This document shows positions 19,594 to 29,807 of a stretch of DNA of 64,000 bases, piece by piece. The stretch comes from Candidatus Doudnabacteria bacterium. Its GTDB lineage: Bacteria > Patescibacteriota > Doudnabacteria > UBA920 > O2-02-FULL-48-8. The stretch lies in assembly GCA_037200925.1 (NCBI GenBank), contig JBBCGO010000001.1, positions 447,698 through 511,697 on the forward strand, read 5' to 3'. The notes beneath the pieces were generated by a model. The model was not told the DNA's origin. It did not search any database and was given only the letters and a program-made list of their open reading frames with translations. Position 1 is the stretch's first letter, and every line of letters begins with the position of its first letter. The position numbers were made by a program, and so were the translations under genes.

Positions 19594-20982
19594 TTAATCG
19601 GAGTCCCAGCTTATTTGCTGATAGCCGTTCACGGATAAAGGAAAACTCGGCGGCGGACCGTAGAGAAGATTGGAATCATATACTGTGTTGGTCGTCAAGT
19701 ATCCGGAGAGCAGACCTCCGGCCCCGTTGACCCAGCTCCAGGTCCAGGTGCCGTAGCTTGAGATAGATCCGTAGATCGTGATGGAATTCTTCATATCGCC
19801 CGCAAAATAATACCGCTGCGTGCTGCCGTTTTGCGCGATCATGGCCGCATCAACCTCAAGGTTCGTGGGGGCAAAAAAAGTCACCAGCACATCCTGCTGT
19901 GCGATCAGTCCCAATTCCGAACTGCCGTCTTTCGCGCTGTAAACAAGATTATTCGGGATGAGGATGCTGGGTGCGGTTGGCGCATTATAGGGCAAGCTCG
20001 CTGCTGCCACCATGGCGCGTCCCGCCACAGTCCCCTCAACCCAGGTCCTGTCCTCTACATATATAAGGCCGTTTGTCGGGATCGCCTGAGTGAATTGCAG
20101 GGTCCGGGCATTGTAATCAAGGTCCTCATTGTGCGCAGCGTTATTGACATCATACCCTGTTGCATGAGCTCTCAGGGAAGTTACCTTATAAACGCTTACC
20201 GTGCCAGTGGCATTGAACACAAGCGAGTAGCCCTGAGCGTTTGAAGGCGGCAGATAAATTCCGCCGGCTTGCGCGCCGCTTTTGATGGTCGCCAGATCAG
20301 AGGTAATGGTGGAAAAATCCACGCTCGGCAGAGGGAACTGAAAAAAATTCTTCGTAGCCACAGCAGCTGCTCCCCAAACTCCATTTTCGATTGCAGGACA
20401 AGGAGGAGAACCGGACCAGGCTTGGCAGGTATAGGTCTGCTTGGCGGAAGTGATCGGGGCATTGCCAATCCCGTCAAACCTTATTCCGCCGTTACTGTGC
20501 AGCGCGCCTGATACGCTCTCGGTGGGGCCTATCCAAACGTCGGAATTGGTCAAAAAAGCATATTTGGCCAAAGATGGTATGCCGTACTTCGTGGTAACCG
20601 TACGTTTAACAGAAGGATTTGTCAAAGTGTAAGCTGTGGATTGGATCGTAACTATGGTGGACCCTGCCGGAGGCGGCGTTATGGTCAGGCTGTATCTGCC
20701 GATGACCTGGTTGGTGTCCTTATCCAGATAATCGTGGACATACGGGCCGGGAGAATTAGTGCCGTCTTTGTAATCAACCGGAAAATGAACCAAATGCCAC
20801 TGGTAATAATTGTTCCCCGCCTCCGCGATCTGGAATGCCTGCTCGCGGTTGACCGTCGAACGTATGGCTTTCAGCTCATAAACCGAATAGCTTATCACTG
20901 AAACCATGAGTGTTGAAAAAATGAAAATGATCACGAGCTCGTAAATGATCACAACGCCGGATTGATTCGTCTTTTTGTTCAT
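19594..20982 (-). CDS. PilX-like minor pilin
   Basis: QSG|VVIIYEL hydrophobic N-terminus, QAFQIAEAG motif, in pilus operon. Confidence 0.85.
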   Translation of the reverse strand: MNKKTNQSGVVIIYELVIIFIFSTLMVSVISYSVYELKAIRSTVNREQAFQIAEAGNNYYQWHLVHFPVDYKDGTNSPGPYVHDYLDKDTNQVIGRYSLTITPPPAGSTIVTIQSTAYTLTNPSVKRTVTTKYGIPSLAKYAFLTNSDVWIGPTESVSGALHSNGGIRFDGIGNAPITSAKQTYTCQAWSGSPPCPAIENGVWGAAAVATKNFFQFPLPSVDFSTITSDLATIKSGAQAGGIYLPPSNAQGYSLVFNATGTVSVYKVTSLRAHATGYDVNNAAHNEDLDYNARTLQFTQAIPTNGLIYVEDRTWVEGTVAGRAMVAAASLPYNAPTAPSILIPNNLVYSAKDGSSELGLIAQQDVLVTFFAPTNLEVDAAMIAQNGSTQRYYFAGDMKNSITIYGSISSYGTWTWSWVNGAGGLLSGYLTTNTVYDSNLLYGPPPSFPLSVNGYQQISWDSD

Positions 20983-21652
20983 CAGCTTCCTAAATTAGTT
21001 TTAAGATTGCGGATCGCCCCGCTGGCCGTTTCGGTATAGGTTCCGCTGGATCCTACCCCGGCCTTTTTAAATATGGTCAAATTGATCTTGACCAGTTTGA
21101 CGGCTGTGACATTCAGCGGCTGGACCAAAGGATTTTCAACCACTCCGGAATATGTGCCGTCATAATAATAGAAAATCGGATTTGCGCCGTTAGCCACATC
21201 TTTCTGTACCAAATTCACAGTTTCACCGCCAAGATTATAGAGCAAAGGATTTCCGGTAGGCTTGGTGACTCCTTTATACAAAGCACCGGCTTGGAGGAAA
21301 TACCGGATCCGGTTGACGCTGCCTGCCGCATTTGGAGGAAATACCGGATCCGGTTGACGCTGCCTGCCGCATTGGTATAAAAGATCAGCTGTTGAGCTGT
21401 CGCTGATTCCAGCGCGTATCCTCCGGTGTCTGAAGTTGTGGCATCGCGCAATTCCTGGATCAGCGTAAAAGCTACGCGGCGGGCGCTGTCATTATTGGCA
21501 AGCAAACTTCCTTGCAGCGAGCTGTTCACAAGCACAGAGGAAACCAAGGCTACTATCCCGTAAGCGATGATGGAAAAAATTGCAACGGAAATCATCACTT
21601 CTATCAGCGTGAATCCCTTTTCTTGTTCTCTGTTGGATGTTATCTGTTTCAT
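20982..21652 (-). pseudogene. Prepilin-type (PilW-like) minor pilin frameshifted by a 41-bp tandem duplication
   Basis: KG|FTLIEVM; removing one copy of 21291-21331 restores ..NRIRYFLQAGALYKGV.. Confidence 0.85.
21291..21372. repeat. Perfect 41-bp tandem duplication
   Basis: TTGGAGGAAATACCGGATCCGGTTGACGCTGCCTGCCGCAT x2. Confidence 0.97.
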
Positions 21653-21654
21653 GC

Positions 21655-24084
21655 TTACGGGCTCATCAATACCTGGATCGACTGATTACCAGAAATATTA
21701 AGACTGTTCACCGAGAATGGCTGATAACCTGGTAGTGTCACGTCCAAACTATAATTATTGTCAGCGGTTAACCCGCCAAAGCTTGTTTGTCCGGGGGTTG
21801 CGCAGCCGGAAACATAATTGATCGCAACACTTGTCAAAACCGGAGTTTGCAGGCTATCAGTCGTGGCCAGAAATGCTTTATACCGGATATAGCGGTCGTT
21901 ATTGTGAATGCTTGCAATGTTGGTTCCTGAAACGGTGTAGTAAGTTCCTGCCGTGCCGTCAGGCCCCATAAAATTCCAAGTGGCGTTATCGGAATTACTG
22001 GCGATCTGGAACTTGAGGCTGGTTGCCGGGTTTTGGGAAGTCGGGTTCCAGGTCAGAGTGGTAAAATTTGAAGCGCCGCCGGTATCGAACGTGGAAGAAA
22101 CCACTTGCCCGGAAGCTACATAATTCCCTGAAATATTTTTCAATCTGATCCCGGTCGGCAGAGAGCTGTTGTCAATATTTCCGTCATCGGCAAAGTAGCG
22201 GGTCGCAGCCGCAAAATCAGTCTGCCCCGGTCCGCCCGTCCAGTCGCTTTGCACCCAAACGCTGCCGCCCGTGGTCCCGTTAAAATCCTGAGGAGTCGCG
22301 CCGCCTCTGTGCAAATGCACACCCGCCCCTGCAAGCGCATTGCCCGTGCCTGAATCCTTTACGATCACCAAAAGGCTGTTCGCAGTCTGAGTTCCCAGGA
22401 TCATGGTGAACGTCTGGTTGGCTGCCGGCAGCACGCTGATCTGCTGGATGGGCGAAGTGCCGACTACCATCAGATTCTGGCCGGTAAGCAGGGTCGGGGT
22501 GTAGTTGTCCCATTCCAAATTATTCAGAGCGATCAATCCTGCCGAAGAAGTCAGGTTATTGTTGTATTTCAGAACATTCGGGGTAAGGCCGATCAATTTT
22601 GCCCCTGTCAGGTTTACTCCGACATTGCTTAGCGCGCTGCAGGTGGAAGGACCGCTGGCACCGAGGGTAATGGTATCGGTGTCCAATGTCACAGCGCCGT
22701 TGCGTGCGAGCATCCGGCCGCTAACATTGACGCCGGTCGTAACTGTAATGGATGTTAAGGCCAGGACATTTCCTGCGAAGTTGGAAAAAGTTCCAAACGT
22801 TGCTGAACTGCCGACCTGCCAGAAAACATTGCAAGCCTGAGCGCCGTTTATGAGACTGACGCTGCTCGCCCCTGCCGTGATAAGGGTTGATGCAGCTTTG
22901 AAAATAAACACCGCATTCGGATCGCCTTGGGCATTAAGCGTCAGAGTTCCGGTGATCCCAAAAGTTCCGGAAGCGGAATCATATACCCCTGCTGTCTCTG
23001 TAGTTCCGCCAAGTTCTGTGGGAATTGTAGAAGTAGTAGATTGTCCTGCAGCATTATTATAGGCTGCGACGAGGTCTGTTTTCGCTTGAGCAGCCGTTGA
23101 ATCAGCCACATGCTGTGCCCCATTGACCGTGCCGGGGGGAAAGCCGGTAACTGAAGTGCCGGGACTTAAGCCCAGATCCCCGTTGATGCCGCTGGAACCG
23201 GTATTGGTTATGGTCGAGCCGGCCAAAACCGCAAAACTGCCGGCAGTTCCCAGATTTACTTGCGCAGCGCCGCAGGTGGAACCGGTGGCGCCGAGGGTCT
23301 TGATGGTAAGTTTGCTGAACAGATCAATAGAAAAACTGACTAACGTCACCTGGCTGTTGACTATAGTCGGGTCAGGTTTGGTCGGGTTGGGATTCGCTAC
23401 CGTTATCGGGTAAGTCTGGTCGGTAGAGTATCCTGCTTTCGTTACTACAATATGATAGATGTTCACTCCGGGGGGCAAGCCAACTTCCACCCAGTTGCCG
23501 GATGAATCAGTAGTGCGGTCGAGGATTATTGTTCCGGCAATGTTCTGGATATGGACGGATGCTCCGGCAATTGGTTGTCCTGTTGCGTCAAAAGCTTTGA
23601 TCCAAAGCGCGCCGGCATTGACAGTGCCTTCGAGACCAAAAGGGGTGATGTTGCTTGAAAAAGATCTGACCACACCGGTAGTCATATTTTGTATGTTCAG
23701 CTTCACCTGTTTATAATCATCCGGAGCGGCATCAGTGCCCAAAAGAACCGTGCCATCTGCCGGATCATCCACAAAAGTCACTTCATAATAGACCTGATAA
23801 TTAATACCTTCGATGACGATTGTCGCGGGCGTTACGTCATCGGGCAAAACACCAATCGGATTGCCGTGCGCTGTTCCGACCTGGCTATAAGCCAGGTTTC
23901 TGACCACTTCCAGATAATTGGTTGCAAGGCTCGCTATCGTAGTTTGTTCCCGGGAGGCCCGAACGCTCCTTGTCATAACCGAAACAAGACCGATCACTCC
24001 GACCAGCAGAACCGCAAATATGGCTATCGCCACCACCATCTCAATTATCGTAAATCCGTAGCTATTTTTTTTAAATTTAAGCAT
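21655..24084 (-). CDS. Large prepilin-type minor pilin with carboxypeptidase-regulatory-like domains and an inserted DUF3494 ice-binding domain
   Basis: YG|FTIIEMV; VNLGTAGSFAVLAGSTITNTG..GDLGLSPG..AQAKTDL..AYN..GDPNAVFIF..NVFWQVGSSAT..GRMLA. Confidence 0.88.
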   Translation of the reverse strand: MLKFKKNSYGFTIIEMVVAIAIFAVLLVGVIGLVSVMTRSVRASREQTTIASLATNYLEVVRNLAYSQVGTAHGNPIGVLPDDVTPATIVIEGINYQVYYEVTFVDDPADGTVLLGTDAAPDDYKQVKLNIQNMTTGVVRSFSSNITPFGLEGTVNAGALWIKAFDATGQPIAGASVHIQNIAGTIILDRTTDSSGNWVEVGLPPGVNIYHIVVTKAGYSTDQTYPITVANPNPTKPDPTIVNSQVTLVSFSIDLFSKLTIKTLGATGSTCGAAQVNLGTAGSFAVLAGSTITNTGSSGINGDLGLSPGTSVTGFPPGTVNGAQHVADSTAAQAKTDLVAAYNNAAGQSTTSTIPTELGGTTETAGVYDSASGTFGITGTLTLNAQGDPNAVFIFKAASTLITAGASSVSLINGAQACNVFWQVGSSATFGTFSNFAGNVLALTSITVTTGVNVSGRMLARNGAVTLDTDTITLGASGPSTCSALSNVGVNLTGAKLIGLTPNVLKYNNNLTSSAGLIALNNLEWDNYTPTLLTGQNLMVVGTSPIQQISVLPAANQTFTMILGTQTANSLLVIVKDSGTGNALAGAGVHLHRGGATPQDFNGTTGGSVWVQSDWTGGPGQTDFAAATRYFADDGNIDNSSLPTGIRLKNISGNYVASGQVVSSTFDTGGASNFTTLTWNPTSQNPATSLKFQIASNSDNATWNFMGPDGTAGTYYTVSGTNIASIHNNDRYIRYKAFLATTDSLQTPVLTSVAINYVSGCATPGQTSFGGLTADNNYSLDVTLPGYQPFSVNSLNISGNQSIQVLMSP

Positions 24085-24089
24085 TATGT

Positions 24090-24356
24090 TTAAGGCGAAT
24101 ATTTGAAGGGGTCGGGGTTGGTCAGCGTCAGGCCTGCGGGCTGGAAGCTGTCCAATGCATCAAGGAACTTGGAGACGTCGCTTAGTGAAGTGCGGTTGAT
24201 TCTGACAATGCTGTTATTTTCCGAGACCTGCGGCTGAGGCGATAATTTGGTGTACAGCAAAAAGTAAGCCAGGTAGGCCTCGATCAGGATCACCACGACC
24301 AGGATCAGGGTGGTAACCATGCGGATGCTGATTTTTTTGGGTAAAGCAAGTTTCAT
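24090..24356 (-). CDS. Small bitopic pilus-operon protein
   Basis: Single TM, C-terminal DPF motif, follows the PilO-like gene. Confidence 0.65.
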   Translation of the reverse strand: MKLALPKKISIRMVTTLILVVVILIEAYLAYFLLYTKLSPQPQVSENNSIVRINRTSLSDVSKFLDALDSFQPAGLTLTNPDPFKYSP

Positions 24357-24357
24357 A

Positions 24358-24969
24358 TCAGGGCTTGGGTCTCTGTACAAAAAATACGGCATTAATAGCG
24401 CCTGTAAGATCCCCCGAGTGGACGACCTCTCCACTGCCTGCGGTAGCGGTATCAGAGGTAGCGGCGCTGACGGTAAGTTTGCTGACCTCGGAAAAATTCG
24501 GCAGGTGCTCTATATATTGAAGGAAAGTGACCAGAGAGGTGAATGTGGATGAAATACTGACCGTGTAAGGGATCTCTTCTATGTCCGGGTTCCCCGTTAT
24601 GATCTGCTTGGCCGTGGTATCCAAGGTCTGGTCCGTCGAATTCAGGGGTTCCTGGATCGTCATCCCTTCCTCGGTATTGGATGCCAGCGCCGCGGCCTCG
24701 ACCTCCTGTATCGCCGTCTGCAGATTGTCGCGCGGCAAAATGCTGTTTTGGATCTTGTCGGTATTGGAAACCGCGCTCAGATCCGATTGGGAATTCTTAT
24801 AGGCTATGATCTGGTCCGAAAGATTATTCAGCTGCGTCTGTTTTGCTATGCCGGCATTATACAGATCGCCGACCTGATTCAAATTCGGGCGGATGAGAAA
24901 AGCAAAGATAATGACGCTGACAATAAAGCCGCCGACTGAAATTAAAATCAATTTGGTGAAAATTCTCAT
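24358..24969 (-). CDS. pilO: PilO-like type IV pilus assembly protein
   Basis: N-terminal TM, coiled coil, FTSLVTFLQYIEHLP; position after pilMN. Confidence 0.7.
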   Translation of the reverse strand: MRIFTKLILISVGGFIVSVIIFAFLIRPNLNQVGDLYNAGIAKQTQLNNLSDQIIAYKNSQSDLSAVSNTDKIQNSILPRDNLQTAIQEVEAAALASNTEEGMTIQEPLNSTDQTLDTTAKQIITGNPDIEEIPYTVSISSTFTSLVTFLQYIEHLPNFSEVSKLTVSAATSDTATAGSGEVVHSGDLTGAINAVFFVQRPKP

Positions 24970-25523
24970 GGGCTGTTGATCTTGTCGTTGTTTACAAAAA
25001 AAGTAAAAGTAAAATTGGCGGTTGTGGCCCGCTCAAGGTTTGAAAGCGGAAAATTTATGCCGTGAAAAAAACCTGATTTTATTATGCTGGTCCAAAGCGC
25101 AATCACATCTTCGCGCGTTTTGGCTTGGCCCGCGATATCAACCCTCCCCGTTTCCCGGTCAAGGATTATCTGGTTCAGCTGAACAGTCGTGGGAGTCAGG
25201 TTCGCCAGAGCGATCAGGGCGTTTGACCAGTAGTAATGATGGGATTTAAGATTATTGATCTCTTTGACGCTGTTGTTCAAAGCCAAAACCTTGTCCTGCA
25301 GGCCCTTATAGTCAGCGGAATTAAGAATAGCCATGTTTTGAGCGATCTGATCGTCCGTCTGAGAATTGCTTCTCATAAGATAGATCCTGGTTCCCACCGC
25401 CAGCCCCAAAAAAACCAGCAGGCTTAGCGTAAGCCATGTCCAAAACATGAACAGCCTGCCGAACAGGAACTCAAATGTGACTTCTTTTTGCGCGTCTTGG
25501 GGCAGGAGGTTGATTATTTTCAT
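24966..25523 (-). CDS. pilN: PilN type IV pilus assembly protein
   Basis: INLLP motif, TM, IAGQA. Confidence 0.85.
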   Translation of the reverse strand: MKIINLLPQDAQKEVTFEFLFGRLFMFWTWLTLSLLVFLGLAVGTRIYLMRSNSQTDDQIAQNMAILNSADYKGLQDKVLALNNSVKEINNLKSHHYYWSNALIALANLTPTTVQLNQIILDRETGRVDIAGQAKTREDVIALWTSIIKSGFFHGINFPLSNLERATTANFTFTFFVNNDKINSP

Positions 25524-26608
25524 ATGCTGTATTCGTTAAAGTTGACTCCGCGCAAAGCCAGGCCGATGACCGTGGTGTAGCCTAAGGCGGAAAGCCGGTC
25601 AAGCGGTACTGGGATCTTCGGGTCAACTGCAACATTCGCCCACGGATCGGCCAGAATGACTTTGGCCGCAGAGCGGACCGACCCGAGGTTCAGCCGGTCG
25701 GAAATATATTCGGCAATTCCGGTCAATTTAGCCGAGCCTCCGCAGAGCAGGATCGTATCAATGCTTTTGTGGGTTGTTTCGTGTTCTTCAAAGAACCTGA
25801 TGACATTTTTTATCTCATCCACGAGGTTGTCCAGGATCGGCAGGATCGCTTTGCGCACTTCCAGCCCTTTGTCGCCGGTCAAACCCAGCTCCTGTTTCAT
25901 TTTTTCGGCTTGCGGCGCCGTGACTCCGAGATTTCTGGAAATGCTTTCCGTAAACGCGTTGCCGGCGATCGGAATGCTGGAAGTGTACTGGATGATCCCG
26001 TTGTCCACGATGATAAAACTGGTCAGCTTGGTTGCCGGGTCCACGATCAAAACGCTTTTGGTCGCAAGGTCTCGGCTGATCAGAGCTCTGGCCGTCGCCT
26101 GCGACTCCAGCTCCATGGCCACCGGCACGAGTTTGGCTTTTCTAAGCGAAGAAACAAGCGCGTCTATATAATCTTTGGGAGTGGCGTGCGCCAAAACCTC
26201 AAGTTTGTCTCCCCCATCCTTGATGATCTGCCAGTCAAGGTAAACCTGGTCCACAGGCACCGGAATATCCTGTTCAAGTTCGAACGGGAGCGCGGTCCCG
26301 ATCTCGCTTTCCGCCATTTTGGGAATTGTCAGGGTGCGCACAAATGATTTGGCTTCCGGAACGGAACAGACCACGAACTTGGTGTCTATCTTGCGCGCCG
26401 CCGCAATCGCGCGGAGGATATTGTCCGCCAGCCGGTCTTCGCTGATGATCATGTGATTATTGACCACCTGTTCGGACAGCGGGGAATCGGTAAAAGGTAT
26501 TGACGCCAAACGGCCGTGCGCATAGACCAGCTGCATGACTTTGATGGAAGAATCGGAAATATCCAGGCCGAATGCTTTGATTTTTTTACTGCTCAAAAAT
26601 GAGAACAT
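25520..26608 (-). CDS. pilM: PilM type IV pilus assembly protein
   Basis: FGLDISDSSIK, IPVPVDQVYLDW, LCGGSA, IGLALRG. Confidence 0.93.
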   Translation of the reverse strand: MFSFLSSKKIKAFGLDISDSSIKVMQLVYAHGRLASIPFTDSPLSEQVVNNHMIISEDRLADNILRAIAAARKIDTKFVVCSVPEAKSFVRTLTIPKMAESEIGTALPFELEQDIPVPVDQVYLDWQIIKDGGDKLEVLAHATPKDYIDALVSSLRKAKLVPVAMELESQATARALISRDLATKSVLIVDPATKLTSFIIVDNGIIQYTSSIPIAGNAFTESISRNLGVTAPQAEKMKQELGLTGDKGLEVRKAILPILDNLVDEIKNVIRFFEEHETTHKSIDTILLCGGSAKLTGIAEYISDRLNLGSVRSAAKVILADPWANVAVDPKIPVPLDRLSALGYTTVIGLALRGVNFNEYSI

Positions 26609-26656
26609 TTTATTTCAGGATCAAACGATGACTTGTAGAAATTATAGCACTTAATA

Positions 26657-27868
26657 TTAACTTATGCTTGAACTAATATTGTAGATCGGCATGATCAAAG
26701 CCACGGCCAAAAATCCGACCGCTACCCCCATGACCATCATGATCAGCGGCTCCAGAATTGACGACAGGTTTTTCATGGTCTGGTCCACTTCCTGCTCGTA
26801 AAAATTCGCCACTTCCTCAAGCACCACGTCCGTGGTGCCCGATTCCTCCCCGACTTCCATCATCTGGATCACCAGGTTGGAAAATAATTTCGGCTCTTTT
26901 TTGAATGCCGTTGTCAAAGGAGAGCCGATCTTCACTTTTGACGCCGCATCAAGAATGGTCCGTTGGTAATAAATATTGCCGACGACGTTCGAAGAAACTT
27001 CCAGCGCCTCGACGATGGTCATGCCGCTTTTGATCAGCGATGCGAACACGCGGACAAACCTCGCCAGATTGATCTTGATCACAATGCCGGAAATCACCGG
27101 GGTATAAAGCACTAATTTGTGAAGAACTTTTTTGCCGCCCATGGTCGAGCGCCAGTAAAAAAACCCGGCCACGGCCAGAACGGTGCCCAATAAAATAAAT
27201 ATGCCGTAGTGGGCAAAAACATCGACGAGCCCGATGACGATCCTCGTCGGGAGCGGCAATACGACGTTCAGGTCCGTAAATGTCGAGGTCAGTTTCGGCA
27301 GGACAAAGGTCAGCATCAGATAGCCGACAATGGCCAAAGCGATCAGGACCATGATCGGATAGGTCAGGGCTCCCCGGGCTTTGGAAACCAGGTCATAATC
27401 CCTCTGCATCTGCTCGGCCAGATATGTCAGATTTTGTTCGAGGTTGCCCGACATTTCCCCGGCCCGCACCATGCTCACGAAAATTCCGGAAAATACATTG
27501 GGGTATTTCGCCATGGCATCGGCCAGTGAAGTGCCGCTCTCAACCTGCGCAGCAACCTCGTTCACGATCTTGGCAAACCTCGGATTGGGCGTCTGTGCGG
27601 CCAGGACCTTCAGCGACCTGGTGGCCGGAAGACCCGCCTTGATCATGACCCCGAGATTTTTGATGAACGTGATGCGGTCAATGAGTTTGATGGGGCGGAA
27701 GATCTGGAACAAATGGCCGATATCAAAAGCCTGGTGAACCGCCTTGATCGATGTCGGCAGCAGGCCCTGGGCGCGCAAAGCGTCAACCACAGCCCGTTCG
27801 TTCATGGCCTGCATTATGTCTTTTTGGATGACGCCCGCTTTATTCCGGGCGGTGTATTGGAAATCCAT
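26657..27868 (-). CDS. pilC: Type IV pilus inner-membrane platform protein (PilC/GspF)
   Basis: Two T2SSF repeats, AGEMSGNL, ALTYP, VGEESG, LEP. Confidence 0.95.
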   Translation of the reverse strand: MDFQYTARNKAGVIQKDIMQAMNERAVVDALRAQGLLPTSIKAVHQAFDIGHLFQIFRPIKLIDRITFIKNLGVMIKAGLPATRSLKVLAAQTPNPRFAKIVNEVAAQVESGTSLADAMAKYPNVFSGIFVSMVRAGEMSGNLEQNLTYLAEQMQRDYDLVSKARGALTYPIMVLIALAIVGYLMLTFVLPKLTSTFTDLNVVLPLPTRIVIGLVDVFAHYGIFILLGTVLAVAGFFYWRSTMGGKKVLHKLVLYTPVISGIVIKINLARFVRVFASLIKSGMTIVEALEVSSNVVGNIYYQRTILDAASKVKIGSPLTTAFKKEPKLFSNLVIQMMEVGEESGTTDVVLEEVANFYEQEVDQTMKNLSSILEPLIMMVMGVAVGFLAVALIMPIYNISSSIS

Positions 27869-27973
27869 ATCAGGAAATTTCTAAATTACTAAAATTCCAA
27901 GTTCTAAATTTTTGTTGATTAGGCATTAGTAATTTTTTAGAAATTATAATTTCAGAACTTCAGTCATTTTTTT

Positions 27974-29722
27974 TTACTCCCTGCTCACTCTCACTATCTC
28001 CTCTATCGTCGTCTTGCCTTGCAGGCATTTGATGAATCCGTCCTGCCACATCAGGATCATCCCTTCCTCCACGGCCTTTGCCTCCAGCTGGCTGGTCGGC
28101 GAGCGCTTCATGATCAGGTCCTGGACCATAGTGGAGATCTCCATCACTTCATAGATGCCCTTGCGGCCGCGGTAACCCGAATGCCCGCACTTATCGCATC
28201 CTTTTCCGTGAAAAAAAGTCAGTTCCATCAGGCCGGTTATTTTCTCGTCAATGAATTTCTCGCGCTTGAGGATGGCCAGCAGGGCCGGGACGTCATAATC
28301 TTTTTTCAGAGTTTCTTCAAGCTCCGCGTCAATTTTGATCTCTTCCTTGCAGTCGGGGCAGATCTGGCGGGTCAGGCGCTGGCCGACCACGACGTTGACC
28401 GTGGACGCGATCAGGTACGGCTCCACGCCGATATCCAAAAGCCTCGGCAAAGCTCCTGCCGCATTGTTCGTGTGCAGGGTGGATAGCACGATGTGCCCGG
28501 TCAATGCCGCGTGCACGGATTCCTCGGCGGTCTCAGCATCTCTGATTTCCCCGATCATGATGATGTTCGGGTCCTGCCGTAAGAGCGCCCGCAAACCCAT
28601 GGCAAAGGTCAGGCCGATCTTGGGACTGACCTGCGTCTGGTTGATGCCTTCTATGCGGTACTCTATCGGGTCCTCGATGGTGGCAATGTTCACACTCTTA
28701 GTATTCAGAAGCGACAGGATAGAATACAAGGTCGTGGATTTTCCGCTGCCCGTGGGCCCGGTGACCAGCAGAGCGCCATGCGGCTTCTTCACGTTCCTCA
28801 TAATGACCTCGTAATTGCGCGCGATAAATCCGAGTTCCTCCAATGTCATGGCTTTCGTGGACTCGTCGAGCAAGCGCATCACGACCTTCTCGCCGTCAAA
28901 CACGGGGATGGTGGATACGCGCAAAGAGATATTGTAATTCTCCTTCGCAACCTTGAACCGGCCGTCCTGCGGCAAACGGTGCTCGTCTATCTTGAGGTTG
29001 GCAATGACCTTGATGCGGGCGATCAGCGCCGGCTGGATGATCTTCGGCAAGGTCATGACATCATGCAGCACGCCGTCAATCCGATACCTGACCATGACCT
29101 CTTTTTCCTGCGGCTCTATATGAATGTCCGATGCTTTTTCAAATATCGCGTATTCCAGCAGAGTATCCACCACGCGGACCACGGGAATTTCCTCCGCCAT
29201 TTCTTTGAGCTTTTCCGTGACATTCTCCGTGCCGGCCGCGCCTTCTTTTTCCTGCTTGGTGATGATCTTGGCAAACTCCGCCTCAAGACTCGTGTGGTAC
29301 TGCTTCAGCCCGTAGTCCAAAGACGCTTTGCTGATGAGAAAAGGCACGATCTGCAGGTCGGTCGTCTTTTTTATGGAATCCCGGGTCTCCAGATCATCCG
29401 GGTCCGTCATGCCCACGTTCAGCTTGCCTTTCTCGCTGCCGAAAGCGATAACCTTATGCCTGCGAGCTATCGGCTCCGGCACCAAAAGCAGAACTTCTTT
29501 GGGTATCTGGCCCATGTCCGTCAGGTTCTTGTATTCCACATCGAAAAATCCGGCGATGATCATGGCCAGTTTTTCTTCGTCAATGATCTTTTTCTCAACC
29601 AGAAGGTCGTTCAGCTCGCGCCTGCCTGCCACAGCTTCTTTTTCTAAAGTTGTAAAAGCCTCAGCAGTGGTGAGTTTTTGGGCCACCAGGCTCCGCTTCA
29701 ATTGTTCTGTGTCAAAAGCCAT
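27974..29722 (-). CDS. pilB: Type IV pilus assembly ATPase (PilB/GspE)
   Basis: ASDIHIEP, GPTGSGKSTT, LRQDPNIIMIGEIRD, LSTLHTN, CPDC/CDKC. Confidence 0.95.
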   Translation of the reverse strand: MAFDTEQLKRSLVAQKLTTAEAFTTLEKEAVAGRRELNDLLVEKKIIDEEKLAMIIAGFFDVEYKNLTDMGQIPKEVLLLVPEPIARRHKVIAFGSEKGKLNVGMTDPDDLETRDSIKKTTDLQIVPFLISKASLDYGLKQYHTSLEAEFAKIITKQEKEGAAGTENVTEKLKEMAEEIPVVRVVDTLLEYAIFEKASDIHIEPQEKEVMVRYRIDGVLHDVMTLPKIIQPALIARIKVIANLKIDEHRLPQDGRFKVAKENYNISLRVSTIPVFDGEKVVMRLLDESTKAMTLEELGFIARNYEVIMRNVKKPHGALLVTGPTGSGKSTTLYSILSLLNTKSVNIATIEDPIEYRIEGINQTQVSPKIGLTFAMGLRALLRQDPNIIMIGEIRDAETAEESVHAALTGHIVLSTLHTNNAAGALPRLLDIGVEPYLIASTVNVVVGQRLTRQICPDCKEEIKIDAELEETLKKDYDVPALLAILKREKFIDEKITGLMELTFFHGKGCDKCGHSGYRGRKGIYEVMEISTMVQDLIMKRSPTSQLEAKAVEEGMILMWQDGFIKCLQGKTTIEEIVRVSRE

Positions 29723-29807
29723 AAGATAAAAAATTCTAAATTACTAAAGTCCTAAGTTCTAAATAATCTCGCAACCCTGAACTTGGTATCGAAACCCTGA
29801 ACTTGTT

